A stretch of DNA of 44,732 nucleotides from Alphaproteobacteria bacterium MarineAlpha2_Bin1 (GTDB lineage: Bacteria; Pseudomonadota; Alphaproteobacteria; SHVP01), in contig PTLN01000002.1 of the NCBI GenBank assembly GCA_002938125.1, positions 1 to 44,732 of the forward strand, read 5' to 3'. Positions 9,943 to 20,313 of the stretch are shown here, piece after piece; position 1 is the first letter of the stretch, and each line of letters begins with the position of its first letter. Below the pieces are notes generated by a model, which was not told the origin of the DNA, did not search any database, and was given only the letters and a program-made list of their open reading frames with translations. The translations under genes and the position numbers were made by a program.

Positions 9943-11667
9943 ATGAAAAAATTAGATAATTATAGAGTTCTTGCAAGAAAATACAGGCCTAAAGTTTTTA
10001 GTGATTTGGTAGGCCAGGATGTGCTGACTCAGACTTTATCAAATGCAATATCAGAAAACAGAATTTATCACGCATTTATATTAACTGGGATGAGAGGCGT
10101 TGGAAAAACTACTGCTGCTAGAATTATTGCTAGGTCTCTGAATTGCCTAAATATTTTTAAAGATGACAATAACAATTTATTGCCATGTAACAGTTGTGAT
10201 CAATGTAACTCAATAGATACTGGTAATAATGTTGATGTAATTGAGATAGATGCAGCTAGTAATACTGGTGTAGGTAATATTAGAGAAATAATTGAAAATG
10301 TCAGATATAGGCCGGTTTCTTCAAAATATAAAGTATATGTTATTGACGAAGTTCATATGTTATCTACCGCTGCTTTTAACGCACTACTCAAGACTCTTGA
10401 GGAACCTCCCTCTCATGTAATTTTTATTTTAGCTACGACAGAAATTAGAAAAGTCCCGATTACAGTTTTATCCAGATGTCAAAGATTTGATTTAAGTAGA
10501 ATTTCTAATGATATTATGATTAAGCATTTATCAAACATAGCAGATAAAGAAAATATAAAAATAGGAGACCTGTCTTTACATCTGATTTCTGATGCATCAG
10601 AGGGATCTATTAGAGACGGTTTATCTTTATTAGATCAGGCAATTTCTTTTTGTGGTAACGAAATATCTGAGAATAAAGTAAGGGAAATGCTTGGTCTTTC
10701 TAGTAAATTAGAAATTGTTACTTTGTTTCTTAACCTTGTCAAAGGAGATGTCAAGGAATCTCTCAAAGTTGCTAGACACCAATACGAGAAAGGTATTGGG
10801 TCTGATATAATTATTCAAGAATTAATGCACACATGTCACTGGTTAACTACATACAAAATTACCGGTAATGTAGAAGAAGATATTACTATTGCTGACAAAG
10901 AGAAAGATGAACTAATTAAAATCTCCAATAATATCTCTTTAGCAAATTTAACTAGAATATGGCAAATGCTATTAAAAGGTTTAGATGATATAAATAAACT
11001 TTCTTCAAATTTAGCCTCTTTTGAAATGCTTATTATAAGGATTACGTATGCTTCTCATCTTCCGGATCCTGCTAGTTTGATTAAATCAATTCAGGCAGAT
11101 AAAAAAAAAATAGCTAAGACCAAGCAATCTAACATTAATGAAAAAAAACATGGCCCTAATGATTTGTCAAGTAATTCTAATTTAATAAAATTAGATGATA
11201 AACCTATAATTGATGAAAAAAAAACTAAAGTTGATGTATCAGGTAAATTTATTATTGATAATTTTAACGATTTAATTAATGTAACTGAAAAAAAGGATGA
11301 GTTTATTTTACGTTCAAATCTATTATCTAATGTACATATTATCTCATTTGAGTATGGTAAAATTTCATTAAGGCTAAAGAAAAATACCTCAAAAAATTTT
11401 ATAGGTTTGTTAAGTTCTTTTTTAAGTGATTTGACAGGTATTAGATGGTTAATTACCCTTTCTGAGGAGCAAGGGCAATTAACAATTAGAGAAGAAATAC
11501 ATGAACAAGAGATGTCAGTTAGGAAAAAAATCGAAATTAATCCAGTTATTAGTTACGTCCTTGAATCTATGCCGGGTTCGATAATTAGAAATATTTATGA
11601 GATGAATGATAGTATTGTTTCAAATGAAAATGATGAAAATTATGAGGTATTAGATGAAGAATATTAG
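9943..11667 (+). CDS. dnaX: DNA polymerase III subunit tau/gamma
   Basis: It has a Walker A motif (GMRGVGKTT), a Zn module (CNSCDQCNS), a DEVHML box and SRC (LSRCQRF), followed by a K-rich linker and a C-terminal tau-specific region. Confidence 0.95.
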   Translation: MKKLDNYRVLARKYRPKVFSDLVGQDVLTQTLSNAISENRIYHAFILTGMRGVGKTTAARIIARSLNCLNIFKDDNNNLLPCNSCDQCNSIDTGNNVDVIEIDAASNTGVGNIREIIENVRYRPVSSKYKVYVIDEVHMLSTAAFNALLKTLEEPPSHVIFILATTEIRKVPITVLSRCQRFDLSRISNDIMIKHLSNIADKENIKIGDLSLHLISDASEGSIRDGLSLLDQAISFCGNEISENKVREMLGLSSKLEIVTLFLNLVKGDVKESLKVARHQYEKGIGSDIIIQELMHTCHWLTTYKITGNVEEDITIADKEKDELIKISNNISLANLTRIWQMLLKGLDDINKLSSNLASFEMLIIRITYASHLPDPASLIKSIQADKKKIAKTKQSNINEKKHGPNDLSSNSNLIKLDDKPIIDEKKTKVDVSGKFIIDNFNDLINVTEKKDEFILRSNLLSNVHIISFEYGKISLRLKKNTSKNFIGLLSSFLSDLTGIRWLITLSEEQGQLTIREEIHEQEMSVRKKIEINPVISYVLESMPGSIIRNIYEMNDSIVSNENDENYEVLDEEY

Positions 11668-11977
11668 TCAAATGATGAAGCAAGCGCAAGAGATGCAAAA
11701 AAAAATGGAAGAAATGCAAAAGTCTCTTGAAAATGCAGAAATAAGTGGAGAGTCTGGAGGAGGTTTAGTACAGGTGATTTTAAATGGTAAAGGTAATATG
11801 GTGAAATTATCAATAGATGAGTCATTATCTAGTGAAAGTGAATTTGCAATAGTAGAAGATTTAATCATTGCGGCACACAATGATGCTAAGGTAAAGTTAG
11901 AAGAATATACCAGTGAACAAATGAAAAAAATAACAGGTGGGGTTAATATACCATCAGGGCTTAAGCCATTTATTTAG
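11654..11977 (+). CDS. ybaB: Nucleoid-associated protein YbaB/EbfC
   Basis: 107 aa, beginning QMMKQAQEMQKKMEEMQ. It occupies the conserved dnaX-ybaB-recR position and overlaps the dnaX stop by 14 nt. Confidence 0.9.
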   Translation: MKNISQMMKQAQEMQKKMEEMQKSLENAEISGESGGGLVQVILNGKGNMVKLSIDESLSSESEFAIVEDLIIAAHNDAKVKLEEYTSEQMKKITGGVNIPSGLKPFI

Positions 11978-11983
11978 ATCATC

Positions 11984-12583
11984 ATGAGTGATAATCCAAA
12001 TGAAATAAATAATCTAGAACAACTCTTCTCACGGCTTCCAGGGCTTGGCCCTCGATCTGCCAGGCGGGTTGTTTTACATTTATTAAAGAAAAAAGATACT
12101 TTAATGCCTTCTTTGGCAACTTCATTATCAATTGCAATGAAAAGTATTGTTAATTGTTCTTCTTGTGGAAATATTGATATAACTAGTCCATGTTCTATTT
12201 GTGCAGATCTTAAAAGAGATAAAAGAACAATTTGTGTTGTTGAAGATGTAACTGATCTTTGGGCCCTTCAGAAAGTATCGAGCTTCAGAGGTCAATTTCA
12301 TGTTTTAGGTGGAGTACTATCAGCTCTAGATGGTATTGGGCCTGCCAATTTAAGTATTGAATCACTATTGACAAGGATAAAAGAAAATAAAATAAACGAA
12401 ATTATTATTGCTCTACCTGTTACTGTAGACGGTCAAACTACTGCACATTATTTGAAAGAGGAATTAAGCAAGTTTAATATTCCTGTTACACAGCTATCCC
12501 ATGGGGTGCCAGTTGGTGGAGAGTTAGATTATTTAGATGATGGAACTATATCTGCTGCAATAAACAGTCGGAGGCCATTTTAA
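11984..12583 (+). CDS. recR: Recombination protein RecR
   Basis: It has an HhH motif (LPGLGPRSARR), a C4 zinc finger (CSSCGN…CSIC) and a Toprim domain. Confidence 0.95.
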   Translation: MSDNPNEINNLEQLFSRLPGLGPRSARRVVLHLLKKKDTLMPSLATSLSIAMKSIVNCSSCGNIDITSPCSICADLKRDKRTICVVEDVTDLWALQKVSSFRGQFHVLGGVLSALDGIGPANLSIESLLTRIKENKINEIIIALPVTVDGQTTAHYLKEELSKFNIPVTQLSHGVPVGGELDYLDDGTISAAINSRRPF

Positions 12584-12584
12584 A

Positions 12585-13670
12585 TTAATTTTCATCAACT
12601 CTAATTTTCTCTATTTTACTAGTTATATTTATTAATTTATTTGTTGAGATTTCTACTTCATTTAGATCTGCGTTGGCTAGGTCAAAATGCTTTTGTAACT
12701 TCTGCACTCTTAATCCGAGTCTTCCTAAGTCATCAATTAGATTTACTATTTCTTTTTGAATTACATTGGCTTGTTTTTTTATGCTTACATCCTTAAGCAA
12801 ACCTCTAATAGTGTTGAGTAAAGCCCAAATTGTAGTGGGAGACACAATCCATACTTTGCATCTATAGGAATCCTCTATTATTTCTTCTAAGGAAGAGTGA
12901 ATTTCTGCATAGACTCCCTCTGAAGGTATAAACATTAATGCAGAATCGGCTGTCTCTCCTGGAATAATATATTTAGAACTAATATCTTTAATATGTTTTT
13001 TTAAATCTAATCTGAATTGTTTAATTGCTTCCTGTTTTTCGAGTTTATTTTGTGAGGACTTAAGTTTTTTGTAGCTCTCTAATGGGAATTTTGCATCAAC
13101 TACAATTTTACCAGGTGGAGATGGAAGCTTTATAACTAAGTCAGGCCTAGAAGAGTTCGATAAAGTTTCCTGAGTACTAAAATATGATGGGGGAAGAATA
13201 TTAGTTATTATTTCATTTAGCTGTATTTCTCCAAAAACTCCTCTAGTTTGTTTATTCGATAAAATATCCTGAAGTGTTATCATCTCACCAGATAGTTCTG
13301 ATATATTCTTCTGTGCTTCATCAATTTTATCCATGTGCTTTTTTAATTCTCCCAAACTTTCTGAGGTTTTAGAGTTATTATCTCGCATAGTTAAGTTTAA
13401 ATCTCTAGATAGGTTGTCTATCCTGTTATTTAAGGTTTTTATTAATTCATTCTGTGAGATTGAGGAACTCTCGGTAAGATTAGAAAGTCTTCCTACTATT
13501 TCTGAGAATATAATATTTGATTTATCATTATTCTTACTTAAGTCATAATCTTGATCAATTTTTTTTATTTTTATCATATTATAACATTGAAGGCATAATA
13601 TAACTAAAAGTATGCAAATTAAAATTAATATAATTAAATTATTATTTACTATTGGGTGTAAAATATTCAA
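12585..13670 (-). CDS. rmuC: DNA recombination protein RmuC
   Basis: It has an N-terminal TM segment, a long coiled coil, and a C-terminal RmuC nuclease-like region (PDLVIKLP…IVVDAKFPL…MFIPSEGVY). Confidence 0.85.
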   Translation of the reverse strand: MNILHPIVNNNLIILILICILLVILCLQCYNMIKIKKIDQDYDLSKNNDKSNIIFSEIVGRLSNLTESSSISQNELIKTLNNRIDNLSRDLNLTMRDNNSKTSESLGELKKHMDKIDEAQKNISELSGEMITLQDILSNKQTRGVFGEIQLNEIITNILPPSYFSTQETLSNSSRPDLVIKLPSPPGKIVVDAKFPLESYKKLKSSQNKLEKQEAIKQFRLDLKKHIKDISSKYIIPGETADSALMFIPSEGVYAEIHSSLEEIIEDSYRCKVWIVSPTTIWALLNTIRGLLKDVSIKKQANVIQKEIVNLIDDLGRLGLRVQKLQKHFDLANADLNEVEISTNKLINITSKIEKIRVDEN

Positions 13671-13756
13671 AATTTATACCTTCTACTAACTTTAAATTAT
13701 TGAAAATTCTGATAATATAATATTTATATCTTATAATAATTACTTATATAAATTAT

Positions 13757-14269
13757 ATGTCTATTTTACCGATAATTAAAGCTCCTGATCCATTACTAAG
13801 AGTCAAATCTCATCATATTACAGAAATTGGAGATAGTGAAATAAAACTATTAGATGATTTGATGGATACTATGTACGCAGCGCCTGGGGTAGGTTTATCA
13901 GCCATACAAGTTGGGATTGCTAAAAGAATGATTGTTATTGATACCTCCAAGAAGGATGTAATTTCAAATTTAAAAATGATTAACCCAGAAATTATTTGGA
14001 AAAGTGAAGAAAATCAATTTAATGAAGAAGGTTGTTTATCTTTCCCAGACCAATTTGTAGAGGTATTAAGATCTAAAAAGATAAAAGTTAAGTATATAAA
14101 TGAAAGTAAAAAATCTAAGCTATCTACTTTCAGTGGTTTTGAAGCCGTAATCATTCAACATGAGATAGATCATTTAGATGGCAATCTTTTAATTGATAAA
14201 GTTTCTTCAATTAAAAAAAATATAATATTACGTAAAATGAAAAAAATAAAAAAAAATTTAGCTAAGTAA
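13757..14269 (+). CDS. def: Peptide deformylase
   Basis: It carries the three deformylase motifs GVGLSAIQVG, EGCLSFP and HEIDHLDG. Confidence 0.95.
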   Translation: MSILPIIKAPDPLLRVKSHHITEIGDSEIKLLDDLMDTMYAAPGVGLSAIQVGIAKRMIVIDTSKKDVISNLKMINPEIIWKSEENQFNEEGCLSFPDQFVEVLRSKKIKVKYINESKKSKLSTFSGFEAVIIQHEIDHLDGNLLIDKVSSIKKNIILRKMKKIKKNLAK

Positions 14270-14280
14270 TTAGGGGAAAT

Positions 14281-15195
14281 ATGAAAATAGTTTTTATGGG
14301 TACACCGTCATTTGCTTTGCCGGCTTTAAACTCTTTATTTTTATCTAAAAATACAATTTGCAGTGTATATACACAGAATCCAAAGAAATCAGGTAGAGGA
14401 AAAAAAATAAATAGATCTGCTGTTCATATTTTTGCTGATAAAAATAATATCAAAGTAAGAACGCCTCAAAAACTAACTACAAATATTGATGCAACATATA
14501 TAAAAAAATTAAAAGCAGATCTTTGTGTAGTTGCCGCCTATGGTTTGATCTTACCAGAAAGTGTTCTTAACGCTCCTTTACTAGGGTGCATTAACATACA
14601 TGCTTCGCTGCTTCCAAGGTGGCGAGGTGCGGCTCCTATACAAAGATCGATATTAGCTGGTGATAAAGAAACAGGTATCACAATAATGAAGATGAATAAA
14701 TTTCTAGACTCTGGGAATATTTTGTCACAAGTTAAAACAAAAATAACTTCTAAAACAAACTTTAGTGAATTGGAGAGTAATTTATCTTCAATTGGAGCAA
14801 AAGAGTTAATGAAAATACTAGATCAATTACCACAAAAAAGAATTAAGGAAATTAAACAAGAAGATAAATTAGCAACATATGCAAAAAAATTAGATAAAAT
14901 CGAAGGTAAAATTGATTGGTCTAAATCCGCTAAATTTATCGATTGCCAGGTACGTGCTTTCTCTTTTTACCCAGGTGCATGGACAATATTCAAAAGTAAA
15001 AGGTTGAAGGTTCTCTCAGGTAGTATTATTAATCAAACTAACCCAAAGGGTAAGATTGTTGATAATTTATTTACTATTGGCTGTGGTGAATTTAGTTATA
15101 GACCAGAAGTAGTTCAACTTGAGGGAAAGAAAGCTATGAATGTGCTAGAATTTCTTAGAGGTACAGAACTACAAATTAACTATACATTAGAATAA
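14281..15195 (+). CDS. fmt: Methionyl-tRNA formyltransferase
   Basis: MGTPSFA, NIHASLLPRWRGAAPIQR and the def-fmt pairing support the call. Confidence 0.95.
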   Translation: MKIVFMGTPSFALPALNSLFLSKNTICSVYTQNPKKSGRGKKINRSAVHIFADKNNIKVRTPQKLTTNIDATYIKKLKADLCVVAAYGLILPESVLNAPLLGCINIHASLLPRWRGAAPIQRSILAGDKETGITIMKMNKFLDSGNILSQVKTKITSKTNFSELESNLSSIGAKELMKILDQLPQKRIKEIKQEDKLATYAKKLDKIEGKIDWSKSAKFIDCQVRAFSFYPGAWTIFKSKRLKVLSGSIINQTNPKGKIVDNLFTIGCGEFSYRPEVVQLEGKKAMNVLEFLRGTELQINYTLE

Positions 15196-15202
15196 AAATA
15201 TA

Positions 15203-15958
15203 ATGCGTTTTTGTATTAAATTAGAATATGACGGTACCAATTATGTTGGCTGGCAGAGGCAAAATAATTCGAAGTCTATACAAGGGTCTATTGAAAATGC
15301 AATAAAAAAACTATCAGGTGAGGAGGTTCTTGTTCACGGATCTGGAAGGACAGATGCAGGTGTCCATGCTTTAGGTCAAGTAGCTCACTTTGACTGCAAC
15401 AAAAAAATTAAAAGTCATGAAATCCGAGATGGTTTAAATTTTTATCTAAAATCAGAAAAAATTTCAATTCTGTCTGCTCACCAGGTTTCAGAGGATTTTC
15501 ATTCTAGATTTTCAGCAGTTAAAAGGTCATATATTTATAAAATTTTGAATAGACGTTCACCTCCAACTATTGATATGAAAAAAAAATGGCATGTTCCGGT
15601 AGATTTAAATATAAGTAAAATGATCTTAGCTAGTCAATTCCTTCATGGAACTCATGACTTTTCCACATTTAGAGCTGCTAATTGTCAATCAAATTCGCCA
15701 ATAAAAAAAATAGACGAAATTAGAATAATCAATAATAATGAAGATCTGGAGATCAAAATTATAGCAAAATCTTTTTTATATAAGCAAGTGAGATCAATTG
15801 TCGGAAGCTTAAAGTGTGTTGGCGAGGGTAGGTGGTCAGTTATAGATATGAGAACAGCTCTAGAATCTTGTGATAGAAAAAAAGTTGGTTTTGTAGCTCC
15901 TGCTCATGGGCTTTATCTTTTTGACGTTAAATTTGGACTAAAATATAATTTAAATTAA
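15203..15958 (+). CDS. truA: tRNA pseudouridine(38-40) synthase
   Basis: YDGTNYVGWQRQ and GSGRTDAGVHALGQV (catalytic Asp) are typical of TruA. Confidence 0.95.
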   Translation: MRFCIKLEYDGTNYVGWQRQNNSKSIQGSIENAIKKLSGEEVLVHGSGRTDAGVHALGQVAHFDCNKKIKSHEIRDGLNFYLKSEKISILSAHQVSEDFHSRFSAVKRSYIYKILNRRSPPTIDMKKKWHVPVDLNISKMILASQFLHGTHDFSTFRAANCQSNSPIKKIDEIRIINNNEDLEIKIIAKSFLYKQVRSIVGSLKCVGEGRWSVIDMRTALESCDRKKVGFVAPAHGLYLFDVKFGLKYNLN

Positions 15959-15974
15959 CTAAAATTTAAAAATT

Positions 15975-17129
15975 TCAATTAAAATATTTTTCTATAATAT
16001 TATAGTAGATTTTAGTGAGTGACCTAATATCATCAATACTTATATTTTCATTAAACTTATGCATCGTCTTTCCAACTAGTCCAAACTCAGCAACATTTGA
16101 AAAATCTTTTATAAATCTTCCGTCAGAAGTTCCGCCATTTGTACTAAGAATTGGTTCAACGCCTAATTCGTCATTGATAGATTTAATCATTATTTCACTT
16201 AATTTTCCAGGTTTAGAAAAAAACGACTCTCCGTTTACAATTATATTAAGTTTATGATTTTTTGCAGTTTGATTGCACACTTCTTTAATCCATTTAATCA
16301 GTGACTCAGAAGTATGTTCATCGTTGAATCTTATATTAAAAGAAGCTGAAGCTGATTCAGGAATCATATTTGTAACCATATTATTTACATCAATTGTAGT
16401 AATTTCTAAATTTGATGGTTGAAAAAATCTATTTCCCTCATCTAATTTTTTTTCATTTAAAATTTTTAGGGTATTTATCAATTGAGTAATAGGGTTCTCT
16501 GCATTTTCTGGATAGGCTACATGTCCTTCTTTGCCAAAAAAAACTAAATTACCAGTTAGAGACCCTCTCCTACCTATTTTAATCATTTCACCTAATTTAT
16601 TTGGATTTGTAGGTTCACCAATAATACAATCATCAATTTTTATATTATTTTTATTAAGCCATTGTAGAACTTTTTTTGTACCATTAATAGCAGGTCCTTC
16701 TTCATCAGAAGTTATTAAAAAACTTAATGTTCCATTGAGATTTTTTTCTTTATTGGAAATATATTCTATAGAAGCAGATATAAAAGAGGCCACTGCGCTC
16801 TTCATATCAGTAGCACCTCTTCCATAAAGAAAATTATCTTTAATTTTACCCGAAAAGGGATCATCTTCCCATTTTTCTAGTTTTCCTGGCGGTACAACGT
16901 CTATATGGCCAGCAAAACATAAGTTTGGTTTTTTTTCACCTCTCGTAGCATAAAGGTTATCAACTTCTGATGAATTTTCTCCCTTAAAAGGCAGTCTTGT
17001 ACAGTGAAAGCCATTTTTTTCGAGAATTTCTTGAATCAAATCCAGAGCTCCTGCTTGATCAGGAGTAACACTTTTACACTTAATAAGGGACTGTGATAAT
17101 TTTACTGGATCAATTTGTTGGTTTATCAT
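15975..17129 (-). CDS. dapE: Succinyl-diaminopimelate desuccinylase (M20 peptidase)
   Basis: FAGHIDVVPPG and GRGATDMKS are M20 metal-site motifs. The gene is adjacent to dapD. Internal plus-strand ORFs are shadows. Confidence 0.9.
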   Translation of the reverse strand: MINQQIDPVKLSQSLIKCKSVTPDQAGALDLIQEILEKNGFHCTRLPFKGENSSEVDNLYATRGEKKPNLCFAGHIDVVPPGKLEKWEDDPFSGKIKDNFLYGRGATDMKSAVASFISASIEYISNKEKNLNGTLSFLITSDEEGPAINGTKKVLQWLNKNNIKIDDCIIGEPTNPNKLGEMIKIGRRGSLTGNLVFFGKEGHVAYPENAENPITQLINTLKILNEKKLDEGNRFFQPSNLEITTIDVNNMVTNMIPESASASFNIRFNDEHTSESLIKWIKEVCNQTAKNHKLNIIVNGESFFSKPGKLSEIMIKSINDELGVEPILSTNGGTSDGRFIKDFSNVAEFGLVGKTMHKFNENISIDDIRSLTKIYYNIIEKYFN

Positions 17130-17140
17130 TTTTTCTAATT

Positions 17141-17974
17141 TTATGTTCTAAGTAAGTCATTTATGGACGTTTTTGATCTAGTTTTTTCATCAACCCTTTT
17201 TACGATAACAGCGCAATAAAGCGAAACTGAATTATCATTGCTTGTGCTAGAAGGTATTGAGCCTGGAACAACAACTGAGTATGGAGGTACTTCACCATAG
17301 AATGTTTCAGATGTTTCTCTATCAATGATTTTAGTAGATTTGCCAAGATACACTCCCATAGATAGAACTGAACCTTCTCTTAATATAACACCTTCTGCGA
17401 CTTCAGACCTGGCTCCTATAAAACAGTTATCTTCAATTATTACAGGATTTGCTTGAAGCGGCTCAAGAACACCCCCTATTCCTGCCCCACCCGAAATATG
17501 ACATTTCTTACCTATTTGAGCACAGCTTCCTACTGTGGCCCAGGTATCAATCATTGTTCCATCATCTACGTAAGCACCGAGATTTACAAAACTTGGCATT
17601 AGAATAACATCCTTGCCGATATATGCTGAGTGTCTTACAACACAATTAGGTACAGCTCTAAAACCTGCGTTTTTAAAGTCATTGTCATTCCAATTCTCAA
17701 ATTTTGAGTCTACTTTATCGTACCAACTAGAATTTTCGCCAGGAGCTCCGGGTATTTTTCTCATAGGGTTTACCTGAAATGATAATAGCACAGCTTTCTT
17801 AGTCCATTCATTAATAAACCAATCATCATTCTTTTTTTCTGCGACTCTAATTTTTCCTTGGTCTAGTAAGTTTAAGGCTGTTGAAATTGCATCAATGGAA
17901 TTCTCTGAAAAAAGAAAACTTTTATCGGTTTTTTTATTCCAAGTATCTTCAATTATTTTTTTTAATTCATTCAT
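17141..17974 (-). CDS. dapD: 2,3,4,5-tetrahydropyridine-2,6-dicarboxylate N-succinyltransferase
   Basis: It has hexapeptide-repeat (LbH) core sequences and is about 277 aa. The dapD-dapE pairing supports the call. Confidence 0.9.
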   Translation of the reverse strand: MNELKKIIEDTWNKKTDKSFLFSENSIDAISTALNLLDQGKIRVAEKKNDDWFINEWTKKAVLLSFQVNPMRKIPGAPGENSSWYDKVDSKFENWNDNDFKNAGFRAVPNCVVRHSAYIGKDVILMPSFVNLGAYVDDGTMIDTWATVGSCAQIGKKCHISGGAGIGGVLEPLQANPVIIEDNCFIGARSEVAEGVILREGSVLSMGVYLGKSTKIIDRETSETFYGEVPPYSVVVPGSIPSSTSNDNSVSLYCAVIVKRVDEKTRSKTSINDLLRT

Positions 17975-18018
17975 TTTTAAAATTATCCAAAATTTACATA
18001 TAAAAAAACTAAAATAAG

Positions 18019-18720
18019 TTAATATTTATTATTTATCAAATTTATTTTAATAATATTTCTAAGCCAGCCTTGAAGGTCATCAGTTTTAAAATCAATAAAA
18101 TCTAAGTTTTTCTCTTTATTCCAATTATATTCAGTCTGAACTAATAGAGTTTTAATTCCTAATTTATGAGGTGGTTCAAGATTTATTGCCATATCTTCTG
18201 CCATTAAAGCATTTTCTACATTTATTGAAAATTTATTAATGAAAGATTTCATAGAGTCCATATCAGGCTTAGGTTCAAAATTTGCATCTTTTATATCAAA
18301 TACACCTAAAAAATGATTTGATATATTCATATGTTCTAGAACATTTATAGCATGTTTAGTTGATCCATTTGTATAAATATATTTTTTACCAGGTAATTGA
18401 TCTAATAAAAAATCAAATTCTTTATCTGGTTTTAAGATTGAATAATCAATATCATGGACGAAATCTAAAAACTTATCGGGTTTCATATTATGCTCATTCA
18501 TTAAACCCTTTAGAGTACTTTTGTATTTAAAAAAAAATTTTTTTTGAATTTTTTCTGCTTCAGTTATATTTATATCAAGATAGTTAGAAACAAATTTGCC
18601 TATTCTTTTCTGAACTTGTGGAAAAAGTTTTAAATTTGAATTATAGATTGTATTATCTAAGTCAAATATCCAGAAGTTAACATTATTTATTTTTTTGATT
18701 AGTTGTTTTTTTAAGGTCAT
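18019..18720 (-). CDS. HAD-superfamily hydrolase, pyrimidine 5'-nucleotidase-like
   Basis: It has HAD motif I ([10 protein letters not shown]), and its size and cap region resemble subfamily IA pyrimidine 5'-nucleotidases. As far as I recall, its position next to dapD is common in Alphaproteobacteria. Confidence 0.7.
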   Translation of the reverse strand: MTLKKQLIKKINNVNFWIFDLDNTIYNSNLKLFPQVQKRIGKFVSNYLDINITEAEKIQKKFFFKYKSTLKGLMNEHNMKPDKFLDFVHDIDYSILKPDKEFDFLLDQLPGKKYIYTNGSTKHAINVLEHMNISNHFLGVFDIKDANFEPKPDMDSMKSFINKFSINVENALMAEDMAINLEPPHKLGIKTLLVQTEYNWNKEKNLDFIDFKTDDLQGWLRNIIKINLINNKY

Positions 18721-18730
18721 ACTGATTGAT

Positions 18731-19624
18731 TTAAGGCACCATTTTAGTCCCTATACCTTTTTCAGTAAAAACTTCTAAAATCATGGCATTTTTTATCCTT
18801 CCATCCAGAATATGTACCGCCTCAGTCCCACTATTTAATGCAGACACACAGGTCTCTATTTTTGGAATCATTCCCTCTGAGAATATATTTCTAGCCATAA
18901 GTTCTTTAGCAAACTTAATATCAATTTCTTCAATCAAGTCCCCTTTTTCGTCAAGCACTCCTTTCACATCAGTAAGAATAATTAGTTTAGTTGCTTTGAT
19001 AGAGGATGCAATTGCACCTGCTACAGTATCAGCATTTATATTATAGGTTTCTCCGTCATCTCCCACTCCAATAGGAGCAATCACAGGAATAATATCTGAT
19101 TTTTCAAAAATATTTAATATGTATGGGTTTATTAAATTCGGTTCACCTACATAGCCGAGATCCAGAATTTTTTCAATCCTTGAGTCAGATTTATAATTTT
19201 TCTTAGTTAATCTTTTAGCATTTATTAATTTAGAATCTTTACCAGATATACCAACAGCTGTTCCACCAGCATTATTTATAGACTGAACAATTTCTTTATT
19301 AATTTTTCCACATAATACCATTTCAACTACTTCAACAGTAATTTTATCTGTGACCCTAAGGCCATCAATAAAATTGGTTTCAATATCTAATTTTTCAAGC
19401 ATATTTCCAATTTGAGGACCTCCACCATGTACTACGATTGGGTTAATTCCTACTTGCTTCATTAATACTATATTTTGAGAGAAACTTTTTGTAAGATCAG
19501 AGTCACCCATGGCATTCCCTCCAAACTTAATTACAAAAGTATTTCCATTAAACTCTTTCATATAAGGCAAGGCCTCTGATAGGGTTTCCGCGGTTGCAAT
19601 TCTCTTTTTTTCTAAATCACTCAA
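18731..19624 (-). CDS. argB: Acetylglutamate kinase
   Basis: VIKFGGNAM, VVHGGGPQI and NINADT are amino-acid-kinase family motifs typical of ArgB. Confidence 0.95.
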   Translation of the reverse strand: MSDLEKKRIATAETLSEALPYMKEFNGNTFVIKFGGNAMGDSDLTKSFSQNIVLMKQVGINPIVVHGGGPQIGNMLEKLDIETNFIDGLRVTDKITVEVVEMVLCGKINKEIVQSINNAGGTAVGISGKDSKLINAKRLTKKNYKSDSRIEKILDLGYVGEPNLINPYILNIFEKSDIIPVIAPIGVGDDGETYNINADTVAGAIASSIKATKLIILTDVKGVLDEKGDLIEEIDIKFAKELMARNIFSEGMIPKIETCVSALNSGTEAVHILDGRIKNAMILEVFTEKGIGTKMVP

Positions 19625-19646
19625 TTTGTTATCCTTAGTTATAGAT

Positions 19647-20312
19647 CTAAATTACCATCCTTGAAATTTCTGCACGTAATTTATCCATGCCGTCATAATT
19701 ATTACTTGATGTCAATATTACTCTAGGAAATGCAGTAGTAAAAGTTGAATTAATTTTTTCTATCTCTGATATTAAAACCTGAGAGCTTTGGTAGTCAATC
19801 TTGTCGATTTTGGTTACAATAATTTCAAAAACAATAGCATATTTCTCTAGAAAATCCATAAAGTTTAAATCAACTTTACTTATACCTCTCCTGCAATCAA
19901 TTAGTAAAAAAACTCTATTTAATGCTGAATTATTAACTAGGTATGTTTCAATTAGTTTACCCCAATTAGCTTTATCTAACTTTGATGTTTTGGCAAAACC
20001 ATATCCTGGTAAATCAACAATACTCAAAATATCTAGAATTTCAAAAAAATTTATTTGTTGTGTAGATCCTGGTTTTTTTGAAACTCGGGCAATTTTTTTT
20101 TGGAATGTAAGGTTATTAATTAAACTAGATTTTCCAACATTAGACCTGCCGGCGAATGCTATTTCAGGAAGATTACTAGTTGGTAAATGATCTTTATTTT
20201 TTACTCCTAATCTGAATGAAATTTTTCTAGAGAAAAGTTTTTCACCAGCTTTTATATCATTAAAGGAGAGGATATCTAGTGAGGGTAACGTTATTCTATC
20301 TTTTTTTTCCAC
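19647..20312 (-). CDS. engB: Ribosome biogenesis GTP-binding protein EngB/YsxC
   Basis: It has G1 (GRSNVGKSSLIN), G3 (DLPGYG) and G4 (TKIDK) motifs. Confidence 0.9.
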   Translation of the reverse strand: MEKKDRITLPSLDILSFNDIKAGEKLFSRKISFRLGVKNKDHLPTSNLPEIAFAGRSNVGKSSLINNLTFQKKIARVSKKPGSTQQINFFEILDILSIVDLPGYGFAKTSKLDKANWGKLIETYLVNNSALNRVFLLIDCRRGISKVDLNFMDFLEKYAIVFEIIVTKIDKIDYQSSQVLISEIEKINSTFTTAFPRVILTSSNNYDGMDKLRAEISRMVI

Positions 20313-20313
20313 T

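Noticed and set aside
9776-9976. 66-aa minus-strand ORF between nudC and dnaX
   Set aside because: It overlaps the SRP RNA gene and the dnaX start, and the conserved sequence there is explained by the RNA.
20093-20101. A9/T9 homopolymer inside engB as a phase-variation or slippage site
   Set aside because: It encodes an ordinary KK stretch (FQKKIARV) in an essential GTPase. Such runs are expected at this AT content. It serves mainly as a caution on how significant the dnaX A10 run really is.
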